Source: an uncultured Bacteroidota bacterium (GTDB lineage: Bacteria; Bacteroidota; Ignavibacteria; Kryptoniales; JAKASW01). Taken from it: a stretch of 64,000 nucleotides of DNA. The first letter of the stretch is position 1; each line of letters begins with the position of its first letter. A program made the translations under genes and the position numbers. The notes under the pieces were generated by a model that was not told where the DNA came from, did not search any database, and was given only the letters and a program-made list of their open reading frames with translations. Positions 50,437 to 58,693 of this stretch are shown here, in pieces. The stretch is from positions 2,911,380 to 2,975,379 of the forward strand of contig CAWBQQ010000001.1 of NCBI GenBank assembly GCA_963790995.1, in the 5' to 3' direction.

Positions 50437-50733
50437 GAATTATCAGCTAAAGAATGTGGGAACAAAGCGCTAGCGAAAAAACAAGTGATCAAAGAAATTC
50501 GGGCTGAGATAAAACGCATGGGCGGCTGAGCGCCATGGATTCTCTGTGCCCTACCATTGATATTAAAACAGTCAAGGGCTATATTTTGATATGATGGTTA
50601 CAGGCTGTTTCATAGCAGAGAAAGAAAGTATGAGTGGCAAAGTCAGGACGATACAATTTTGAAAGGATACAATTCGTTTTACCTAAGAACTCGGTTCACC
50701 AATTAGCTTATTAAAAATCTGCAGGAGGATAAA

Positions 50734-50922
50734 ATGCCAAAGTTTCAAAAAGGAGATGTTGTTCAGTTGAAAAGTGGCGGCCCGGAGATGACAGTCGTAG
50801 AGGTTGACGAAAAAGGGCGTGTCACATGCACTTGGTTTGAGTAATCAAAAAGATATAGTGAGGTTTTTGATGAAGCCCTCTTAACAAAGGTGGATGCAGA
50901 TGCCTTTTTCGGTGGTGTCTAG
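50734..50922 (+). pseudogene. YodC/DUF2158-like small protein with an in-frame TAA
   Basis: MPKFQKGDVVQLKSGGPEMTVVEVDEKGRVTCTWFE*SKRYSEVFDEALLTKV.. follows the family pattern GD.V.LKSGGP.MTV....C.WF......F....L. The stop at 50842-50844 interrupts it. A GGAGG RBS is present. Confidence 0.45.
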
Positions 50923-51014
50923 CTTCTCGATTCTTTGCCATGCAAATAGTAACCCGAGTTAACTGAAACTTTTATTCACTATCTTTTTGGCTATAAGCAA
51001 TCAATTCTCGCATA

Positions 51015-52271
51015 GTGAGTAACTTGGTAGCAGTGGCAGCACAAATGAAGATACGACCATTTCGCGACAGCGACACATTCACAGCTTTTTCAAATCTTGT
51101 TGAGAAAGTGAAGCAAGAGATACGGTCATTAGATGACGATTACGTGCTTGGAGCATCTAAAGCCGAACTTGAGGCTTATTACGCTGCAAAAACAAAAATC
51201 GATCCACTCACTTTGCATCCTGACCAAGCCTATATCGCGAAGCAATCAAACACACGAATTGATGTCAGTCGTAATCCATTTGACATCAATTTCTTAGTGG
51301 AACGTACCTTTGTTCATGGCACCCAACTCGACATTGCGATTCCATTTGAAGGACATGCTGACCTTTGGCGTCTAAGACCTTCCACCTACACCCTAGGCGG
51401 TTATCCTATGGTCGAAGTTCATGATGGTTACATGGTCCTGCCACTCAAATTTCCTCACGGGTCTGCCAGCGCACAGGGACTTAGAGGTGAAATTGACAAT
51501 GATGTACAGTCTCTCCAAAGCGCGATTGACAACCTGAGGGCAGATGTTGAAAAGCATAATAGCACCGCAATACAGGCCGTGATGGGAACGTTGCATTCAA
51601 GGATCTCTACTGCTCAAGCGACAGCTGGAGCGATCTCTGCGCTTGGAATTCCGATAAAACGGCGGGATGAGCCGCTCACATATAGCGTTCCGACAAACAG
51701 GCGTCAGTCCCCAATCAGACCGAAAACTTCGACACAGCCTTATAAGCGAGAACCAGTGCTGGACATGGCGGAGTATGATTACATCCTAGATATCATGAGA
51801 AGCATGTCGCTCGTAATGGAACGCAATCCATCTGCTTTTTCCACTCTTGATGAGGAAGCAATTCGAACACACTTTCTATTGCAGCTAAATGGACACTATG
51901 AAGGAAATGCAACTGGTGAAACATTCAATGCATCTGGCAAAACCGATATTCTTATTAGAGTAGAAAATAGAAATATTTTTATCGCCGAGTGCAAGTTCTG
52001 GAAAGGCCCAAAATACTTTAACGATGCTATTGACCAAATTCTAAGCTACCTCACATGGAGGGATACAAAATGTGCGCTCTTCGTTTTCAACAAGACAAGA
52101 GACAGTAGCGTAGTGAGACAAAAGATGCACCAGGTCATGCAGACGCGTACAGAATGTAAGAAGGTCGTTTTTAACATTCCTGACGGCGATTCCCGCTATG
52201 TATTCGTAAAGGACTCAGATCCCGGAAAGGAAATCATCATCGCTACACAATTGTATGATATTCCAGCATAA
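51015..52271 (+). CDS. hypothetical protein with an unknown N-terminal region and a C-terminal PD-(D/E)xK nuclease-like domain
   Basis: 418-aa ORF with a GTG start at 51015 and an alternative ATG at 51045. The C-terminus reads ..THFLLQLNGHYEGNATGETFNASGKTDILIRVENRNIFIAECKFWKGPKYFNDAIDQILSYL.., giving E...D-x12-E-C-K followed by Q..Y. I recognise no family for the N-terminal 260 aa or so. Confidence 0.55.
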   Translation: MSNLVAVAAQMKIRPFRDSDTFTAFSNLVEKVKQEIRSLDDDYVLGASKAELEAYYAAKTKIDPLTLHPDQAYIAKQSNTRIDVSRNPFDINFLVERTFVHGTQLDIAIPFEGHADLWRLRPSTYTLGGYPMVEVHDGYMVLPLKFPHGSASAQGLRGEIDNDVQSLQSAIDNLRADVEKHNSTAIQAVMGTLHSRISTAQATAGAISALGIPIKRRDEPLTYSVPTNRRQSPIRPKTSTQPYKREPVLDMAEYDYILDIMRSMSLVMERNPSAFSTLDEEAIRTHFLLQLNGHYEGNATGETFNASGKTDILIRVENRNIFIAECKFWKGPKYFNDAIDQILSYLTWRDTKCALFVFNKTRDSSVVRQKMHQVMQTRTECKKVVFNIPDGDSRYVFVKDSDPGKEIIIATQLYDIPA

Positions 52272-52456
52272 GAATTAGGATGGCCCACGGAGCAGTAAGG
52301 CTCCTCTAATCCTGTTCCACCTTGCCGGCTCCATTGCCAACAAAAATTTGGTCGTTGTTGCCGCATCCATGATAGTTCTGTTGCAAAGGTGATGTAGTGT
52401 TGGTAAAGTGGTAAGAGAAAGTTGGGTTCGCAAACCGGTTTGGATGGATCACTCAA

Positions 52457-52660
52457 ATGAGTATCGAAGAAATGGTAGAAAAACTGACGGAGGAGCTTCA
52501 GTAGGAAGTGATGGAGTTTGTCCGGTTTCTTCCGGAGAAACGGTCGAAGAATAAAGGGATTAAGCTGAACCAGAATTGGGCGGGCGCTTTGCGTGACTAC
52601 AAGTCTCAATATTCATCTATGCAGCTGCAGAAGAAGGTAAACGAATGGCGTGGCGACTGA
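52457..52660 (+). pseudogene. DUF2281-like antitoxin with an in-frame TAG
   Basis: MSIEEMVEKLTEELQ*EVMEFVRFLPEKRSKNKG...WAGALRDY..SSMQLQKKVNEWRGD fits the family pattern L.E..Q.EV.DFV.FL. The stop is at 52502-52504. Confidence 0.45.
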
Positions 52661-52960
52661 CCGAGGTATCTTGTTGATACAAATATCTGGCTTGAGCGCC
52701 TGCTCGAGCAGGAATGGTCTAAATAGGTGGGACGATTTTTGAGTCAGGTGGCATCAGACAAGTTGTTCACGACCGATTTCTCTTTTCATTCCATCGGCAT
52801 TACCATGCAGAAGCTCAACCGGCTTGGCGGTTTTCTTGAGTTTGTCGACGATGCTTATCAATCCGTCGCTGCCGCAGCTCGCAATCTAATTCTTATCAGT
52901 TTCGATAGCGATTTCGACCGAGTCGAATTGAAACGAAAAATACCGTCTGATCTCTTGTAG
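52661..52960 (+). pseudogene. decayed PIN-domain (VapC-like) toxin
   Basis: The translation is ..YLVDTNIWLERLLEQEWSK*VGRFLSQVASDKLFTTDFSFHSIGITMQKL..FVDDAYQSVAAAARNLILISFDSDFDR... There is no start codon, an in-frame TAG sits at 52724-52726, and about 30 aa appear to be missing between FVDD and AYQ relative to typical PIN proteins of about 130 aa. Confidence 0.5.
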
Positions 52961-53215
52961 TTTCCGCCCTTTTCCCAATTTTCCGCTTCAGCCCTAAACC
53001 TATAAGAATTCTCGCTTTTTCCCCTCACTCAATTGACATTACTTCCATGGCTGCCCTCATTTGGGCGATCAAATACGGTTTTGAAACTTATACAGATTCA
53101 ATCAGGACTTAGAATTTCATTCTAATTTTTATATCTTAATGTCACGGTCACATCAGAAGAGACCGCCGTATTTTTTCGGTAACAACTGCGCATTGTTCAA
53201 AGGAGGAATTCAAAG

Positions 53216-54631
53216 ATGTCTATCATCCGTAATGCCGTGGTACTGCTTTTTACTGGTATGACTGTCTTTGGTCAGAATATCTCTCACCGGAACGCCTCAA
53301 GGACAAATGAGATTGTAACAAAGCTCATCACAACAATTTCAGCAGATTCTCTAAAGTCATACGACAACGCCCTGGCTTCATTCGGAACCAGGCACACGAT
53401 GTCGGATACGACAAGTGCGACAAGAGGAATTGGCGCCGCAAGAAGGTGGATAAAAGCAAAGTTTGAATCGTTCGCCGCAAAAGATGCGGACTTCAAGGTA
53501 TATGAGGATGGATTTGAGCTTGACAGCGTGCCTCAGATATCCAGACCGACGATACTCGTAAATGTTTACGGAATTATCCATGGCACAGAAGGAACCAAAG
53601 GAAGATATGTCGTGATCTCAGGACACTACGATTCAAGATGCACCGACATCATGAACGACACTTCCGATGCGCCAGGTGCCGACGACGACGGAAGCGGAGT
53701 CTCGCTTGTGCTTGAGGCTGCCCGAGCTTTCACCACGACTCATTTCAAACCCGATGCAAACATCATTTTCCTTTGCACCGATGGCGAGGAAGAAGGACTC
53801 TACGGCAGCGAGCATTTCGCCGACGAAGCAAAGACGAAAAACATGGACATCATAGCCGACCTCAATAACGACATCGTGGGTGCTATAAAAGGAGGCAACG
53901 GTGTGATAAACAAGAACATGGTAAGAGTCTTCTCGAAATCAAACGGCGACGTTATGATTGGCAAACGAAAGGTCAATGCCGGCGTTATCGGCTACGAAGA
54001 CGACAGCCCGTCGAGAGAGTTAGCCAGGTATGTACAGACTGAAACCGGGAAGTTTCTGCCTTCGTTCAAAGTCGAGCTGATATACAGGCAGGACAGGTTT
54101 CTCCGCGGCGGAGACCAGATGTCGTTCAACAAAGACGGATATTCCGCGGTTCGATTTACCGAGCCGAACGAAGATTACCATCACCAGCACCAGGATGTGC
54201 GCGTCGGAACCGACACAGTCGATGGCAAAGTAACGCGTGTCCAATTTGGTGATCTGCCACAATTCGTTAACGGGTCGTATTTATCGAATGTCTGCAAGAC
54301 AAACTCACTCGCCGCGGCGCTTCTCTCGATTTCCCCTCCGGCTCCGCACCATGTCGTGATGTTAGTTGACAGGCTGGAGTATGGCACACGATTCAAATGG
54401 GACAACCCTTCTAATGGGAAAGGAATCCCCGGCTGGAAAATCTATTCCCGCAAAACTTACGAGCCGTTTTGGTCAGGCAACGCCACGGTGCCATCTTCAA
54501 CCGATTCCACAGTCGAATACGATCTAAAAGCCTTCTCAAAAGATAATTATATATTCGGACTTGCCACGGTCGGCAAAAACGGAGTCGAGAGTATCCCCGA
54601 AGCACCGCTGCCGGGAAGAGGAATATACTGA
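53216..54631 (+). CDS. secreted M28-family aminopeptidase with a C-terminal beta-sandwich domain
   Basis: Signal peptide, then ISGHYDS, GADDDGSGVSLVLEAARAF and CTDGEEEGLYGSEHFA metal-ligand blocks. The C-terminal 100 aa or so looks Fn3-like. Confidence 0.8.
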   Translation: MSIIRNAVVLLFTGMTVFGQNISHRNASRTNEIVTKLITTISADSLKSYDNALASFGTRHTMSDTTSATRGIGAARRWIKAKFESFAAKDADFKVYEDGFELDSVPQISRPTILVNVYGIIHGTEGTKGRYVVISGHYDSRCTDIMNDTSDAPGADDDGSGVSLVLEAARAFTTTHFKPDANIIFLCTDGEEEGLYGSEHFADEAKTKNMDIIADLNNDIVGAIKGGNGVINKNMVRVFSKSNGDVMIGKRKVNAGVIGYEDDSPSRELARYVQTETGKFLPSFKVELIYRQDRFLRGGDQMSFNKDGYSAVRFTEPNEDYHHQHQDVRVGTDTVDGKVTRVQFGDLPQFVNGSYLSNVCKTNSLAAALLSISPPAPHHVVMLVDRLEYGTRFKWDNPSNGKGIPGWKIYSRKTYEPFWSGNATVPSSTDSTVEYDLKAFSKDNYIFGLATVGKNGVESIPEAPLPGRGIY

Positions 54632-55036
54632 CAATAATACAATAGTCATCGGCGCCCCCCGCCGCCGTGCAGGAGTTGAACTCCTGCACGAAAACCTTGC
54701 GCCAGTCGAACAGTCGCTCAGCTTGCGGGCGTCTTTCAGCGACGACAACTTGTCCAAAGGACTCCTTCGAAGGATCCTGCGAAATGACTGTGGTTGTATT
54801 TTGAGAGTGTTGCTAAAAGCAGTTTTATTTCGCCCAAAGCTTGCAAAGAAAACGCCAAGGTTGCAAAGAATTATTTTTCTTGGCGTCCTCTGCGCGTCCC
54901 CCTGGGAGTGTAAAGAATTCTGTGTAAATAGTTAGAAGGGACGATTTGTTTACATGTCGGCACGATTAGTCTGCACGCCGGAACGATTATTTTAATCGTC
55001 TGGGCAACCAATTCGGGTCTGTTCAAGCAGGTGTTT

Positions 55037-56386
55037 TTAGCGAAGAAGAATCATCTTTTTCGTTGACACAAAACCACCGGCAGCCAAACGATAGAAATAG
55101 ACTCCACTTGGCAGATTGTCTGCTGAGAAAATCGCCAAATGACTTCCCGCGGCCTGACGCTCATTCACTAAACTCTCAACTTCTCTTCCGAGTACGTCGT
55201 AAATCTTCAATGTAACATGGCTGACCGCTGAGAGCTGGTATCTGATTACGGTTGACGGATTAAAAGGATTCGGATAGCTTTGGTATAAAGCATATTGAGG
55301 CGGTTTGCTCGATGATGAGTAAACAGACGTAGCGCCTGCCGGAGGTACCGCGGCAGAATTTATATTGAACCCGGGTCTCTTCATCCATGAACTAATATCA
55401 ACAGCTTCAAAATCGTTCCCCGTCAGGTTCTTGAGAGAACCTAATTCGTCATCGCTCCATCTGGTATCGTGGCTACCTTGGAAAAACCAGTTGCCCCCGT
55501 TGTCGGCGACTATAAGCCCGTACTTCTTCATCGTTCGAAGGATTACTCGCATTTGAGAAGAGTAATTCGAAATATTGACCGTATCTTTCAGCCGAAATCT
55601 TAAGCCCATCGGAGCCAGATTTGCATTCGAAGAGTTCGATGCATAATGTCTCGCAGGCCAAATATAGGAGTTCTGGGAGGCTTGGACCGTCATTCGGATC
55701 GCATGGTGGAGTATGCTGTCGCCTGCCATGGCACGCTCGACTTCGTCATACCTTATGAGTAACGGAAAGATCGGCAATCCGGCCGCGTCTGCAGACGTTG
55801 CGCCGTCGGCTCTTAGAGAATCCGAGGTAAGGTCGAAAACCGCTCCTGAGCCTGCCCACCAGCTTGCCGGATTCGAAGGCGGAAATGAGCTCCAGACTCC
55901 GGGATCCGGCATGGAATGGCCGGGCGGCCATGTGTACCATGTCTCATAGAGTTTATGCGAACTTGTGTCGATAACCAGCAAGTGCCGGTCTCCGTCGCTG
56001 TCGTCTAAATAGTTATTCAGTCCTTCTACAAGCGGAGGAATGGGAACCGGATATGGCCCGGCGTCGCTCTCGCTCGCGTACTCGAAGGTGAATGGAACAC
56101 GTACCTGGCTTGCGCCCACTAAGTTGTATTGAAATCCGTTAGGGCTTCCTTCGTAGAACGTTCCGAAGTCCGGGTGAATCGACGTATTGTTTCCGATACT
56201 GTTGATGTAATTGTTGGAATTAGCATCGACCGGAAGAGAATCGATCGGCGTATTCAATGCATGATCCGGTGGGAAAACTTCGCCGGTAAAGTCGGGCATT
56301 TGCTGGCTTCGCGCTTCTGCCGCAAACAGGAGAATTTGTGCAGCAGCAACAAGGAATGCCCAGGCGGTAAGATTGAGCTTCTTCAT
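55037..56386 (-). CDS. secreted protein of unknown function with T9SS C-terminal sorting domain
   Basis: The start is placed at MKKLNLTAWAFLV.. (signal peptide). The C-terminal tail is YQSYPNPFNPSTVIRYQL..VTLKIYDVLGREVESLVNERQAAGSH...LPSGVYFYRL...KKMILLR. Confidence 0.7.
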   Translation of the reverse strand: MKKLNLTAWAFLVAAAQILLFAAEARSQQMPDFTGEVFPPDHALNTPIDSLPVDANSNNYINSIGNNTSIHPDFGTFYEGSPNGFQYNLVGASQVRVPFTFEYASESDAGPYPVPIPPLVEGLNNYLDDSDGDRHLLVIDTSSHKLYETWYTWPPGHSMPDPGVWSSFPPSNPASWWAGSGAVFDLTSDSLRADGATSADAAGLPIFPLLIRYDEVERAMAGDSILHHAIRMTVQASQNSYIWPARHYASNSSNANLAPMGLRFRLKDTVNISNYSSQMRVILRTMKKYGLIVADNGGNWFFQGSHDTRWSDDELGSLKNLTGNDFEAVDISSWMKRPGFNINSAAVPPAGATSVYSSSSKPPQYALYQSYPNPFNPSTVIRYQLSAVSHVTLKIYDVLGREVESLVNERQAAGSHLAIFSADNLPSGVYFYRLAAGGFVSTKKMILLR

Positions 56387-56621
56387 GGATGACTCCTTTA
56401 CCAATTGTGATCAAGGCTTAAATCCACTATATGTATGAAACTATGGCGAGAAATACAAACGACATAGACGTGGCCACCTCGCCATCGGTTAGTTGAACTT
56501 CCCCTTCAATCGTAGAATCTGATGTTCTGGATTTTATGAGGCAACGCTATATTTTATTCTTTTGCTTATATTTTGTCGCAGCATCATCAAACATTCTTCA
56601 TAAACTTCAAAGGATTAAGGA

Positions 56622-58439
56622 GTGACATTGATCGTGGGAAAAAGATGGAACAAACTAATTTTGGCGTTTGCGCTTCTCGCAGGTATTACTTTTTGTATCC
56701 TCACGCTCTGGCAGGCGCACAGGGTAAACCATGGCTTTGCGTTCCCGCTCGACGACCCGTGGATACATCTCCAGTTTGCCCGCAATCTTCACGACTATGG
56801 CGCGTTTTCATATTACAAGAACGTGATGGTCACGTCCGGCTCAACTTCTCCACTCTACACGTTCATCCTGGCTGCCGGTTTCTTCGTCACTTCCGATGAA
56901 ATGATCCTGAGCTTTGTTCTCGGTATCGGTTTCCTGGCGGTCGCGGCCTTCATGGCATATAAGGTGGCAATCGTGCTATTCGATGGTGACCCTTTACTCT
57001 CAATCGCGGCGGCCACGTTACTCGTTTTCAGCGACCGGCTTGAGTGGGCCGCGCTATCCGGGATGGAGACAATGCTGTTTGTGGCGCTGCTGTTGGCTGT
57101 GCTCTACTTTTATTATACGAAGAAAGCCGTCCTGCTGGGAATTACGGCCGGACTACTTTTATGGGCTCGACCCGAAGGGATGATACTTTATGCGGCCATT
57201 GTAGCCGACGTTGTCTATGAAATAAAAGTCGTCAAGCGTCCCCATGATAAAAAGCGGCGCGAAATTCAGCCCATTTCTGATTTTAGATGGATCAAGAGAG
57301 CCGTCCCTTATGTTTTCATTATTGCTGTTTCGTACTTCGTGTTTAACATCGCGCTGTCGGGCAGCTTTTTCCCGAATACTTATGCAGCAAAACTGAAATA
57401 TTATTCCGGGTCGTCACAGGATTTCCCGGGCAAGGTCTTACTTTTCCTTATAGATGGCGACGCATACGTTCCTGCAGTGCTGGCGCTCTTAAGTATCCTG
57501 GGGATAGCTTGGGACGTGGTAAGGCGCAAACGTAATCCTCTGCTCGTTCTTTTCCTCTGGTCGGCGATATTGTTTGCTGCGTACTGGTACGACCTGCCGA
57601 AACTGTACCAGAACGGCAGGTACCTGATGCCGATTATTCCGTTCTTTGTTTTGTTCAGCCTCGACGGCCTGAGAATGGTATTCCGCTTTCTGAAAGGCAT
57701 AATCCCTCGGCTGATGAGGCCGAATGCAGCGAATGTACTTAGCGGCGTGGTCATCGTCTTTCTTGTTTTGCAGTCAGGTGAAAAGGCGTTTGCAGAGCAA
57801 AGAACCTATATCGATAGCTGCCGGTACATCATGGACAGGCAGGTGAAGACGGCAATATGGATTCGAGACCATGTTCCGGAGAACGCGGTCGTTGCCACTC
57901 ACGATATCGGGGCGATAGGATTCTATTCCAACAGGCGCGTCGTGGACATGGTGGGTCTCGTTTCGCCGGAGATGATCGCCAATATCGGCAGGTTCGACTT
58001 GCTCACGGAGTTTCTCATTAAGAGCGGAGTGACTCATATCGCAGTGCTGCGAAACTGGTTCGAGATTGTCAACATGAATCCGCTATACCAGACCGATCCG
58101 GCTCATCCGGAAGTCATGCAGGTGTTTCGGTTCGACAGGGTGCATACTCACTTCACTTCTCAGGACGCGACGAGACTCAACGATGCAGGCGAATACTATC
58201 TATCGGCCGGGAATGCATCTTATGCTTTTCAATTATTCCGGCAGTCGTTCATGCTCGATCCTCAGTCGGCACGCACAAATTTCCTGATCGGGAAGACGGC
58301 GCTTCTGCTTGGAGATACTGACTTAGGCAAGCAGAGATTCAGTGTGGCCGAGGCGCTCCAGTCCGATTATCCGGGGCTGAAGGCAGCGATGTTTGCATTG
58401 GACAGTGCAGGAACTGTGAATCGTACTCGGCTAAATTGA
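56622..58439 (+). CDS. polytopic GT-C-like (ArnT/PMT-type) membrane glycosyltransferase candidate with a C-terminal TPR-like region
   Basis: More than 10 TM helices, with an acidic motif in the first loop (FPLDDPWIHLQFARN) and a WARPEG block. The soluble C-terminal part carries TPR-like repeats. The start codon is uncertain (GTG 56622, TTG 56628 or GTG 56634). Confidence 0.5.
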   Translation: MTLIVGKRWNKLILAFALLAGITFCILTLWQAHRVNHGFAFPLDDPWIHLQFARNLHDYGAFSYYKNVMVTSGSTSPLYTFILAAGFFVTSDEMILSFVLGIGFLAVAAFMAYKVAIVLFDGDPLLSIAAATLLVFSDRLEWAALSGMETMLFVALLLAVLYFYYTKKAVLLGITAGLLLWARPEGMILYAAIVADVVYEIKVVKRPHDKKRREIQPISDFRWIKRAVPYVFIIAVSYFVFNIALSGSFFPNTYAAKLKYYSGSSQDFPGKVLLFLIDGDAYVPAVLALLSILGIAWDVVRRKRNPLLVLFLWSAILFAAYWYDLPKLYQNGRYLMPIIPFFVLFSLDGLRMVFRFLKGIIPRLMRPNAANVLSGVVIVFLVLQSGEKAFAEQRTYIDSCRYIMDRQVKTAIWIRDHVPENAVVATHDIGAIGFYSNRRVVDMVGLVSPEMIANIGRFDLLTEFLIKSGVTHIAVLRNWFEIVNMNPLYQTDPAHPEVMQVFRFDRVHTHFTSQDATRLNDAGEYYLSAGNASYAFQLFRQSFMLDPQSARTNFLIGKTALLLGDTDLGKQRFSVAEALQSDYPGLKAAMFALDSAGTVNRTRLN

Positions 58440-58693
58440 TTGTTGAAAGCGGGTGCTGCACAAGAAACAGAAGTCGAACACTGGATATCTTGACTTCATC
58501 CTAAGTGGCTGTCTAAAAGGTCTCTCTGGCACTGTGCCTCAGTGGTAAAACGTCTGGAAGTAGAGCAAATTAAGACATAGAGATTATCGCCTTAGACGCC
58601 ATGGCGCAGACTTGGATGAAATAATTGAGCGCAACATCGAGAACAGTTTCCTTTTCGGATTTCCGGATTTCATGGAAGCAACATACCGCAGAA

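Noticed and set aside
52395-52450. A tRNA-like fragment (..GTAGTGTTGGTAAAG..GGGTTCGCAAACC..) as a possible island attachment site.
   Set aside because: The putative T-arm does not base-pair (TTGGG / ACCGG). No acceptor stem or anticodon arm can be drawn.
54666-54690. The perfect palindrome CGTGCAGGAGTT-G-AACTCCTGCACG after the M28 peptidase gene, as a terminator.
   Set aside because: The stem is strong but no U-tract follows on either strand. It may be a protein-binding site or a Rho-dependent pause, and I cannot support a terminator call.
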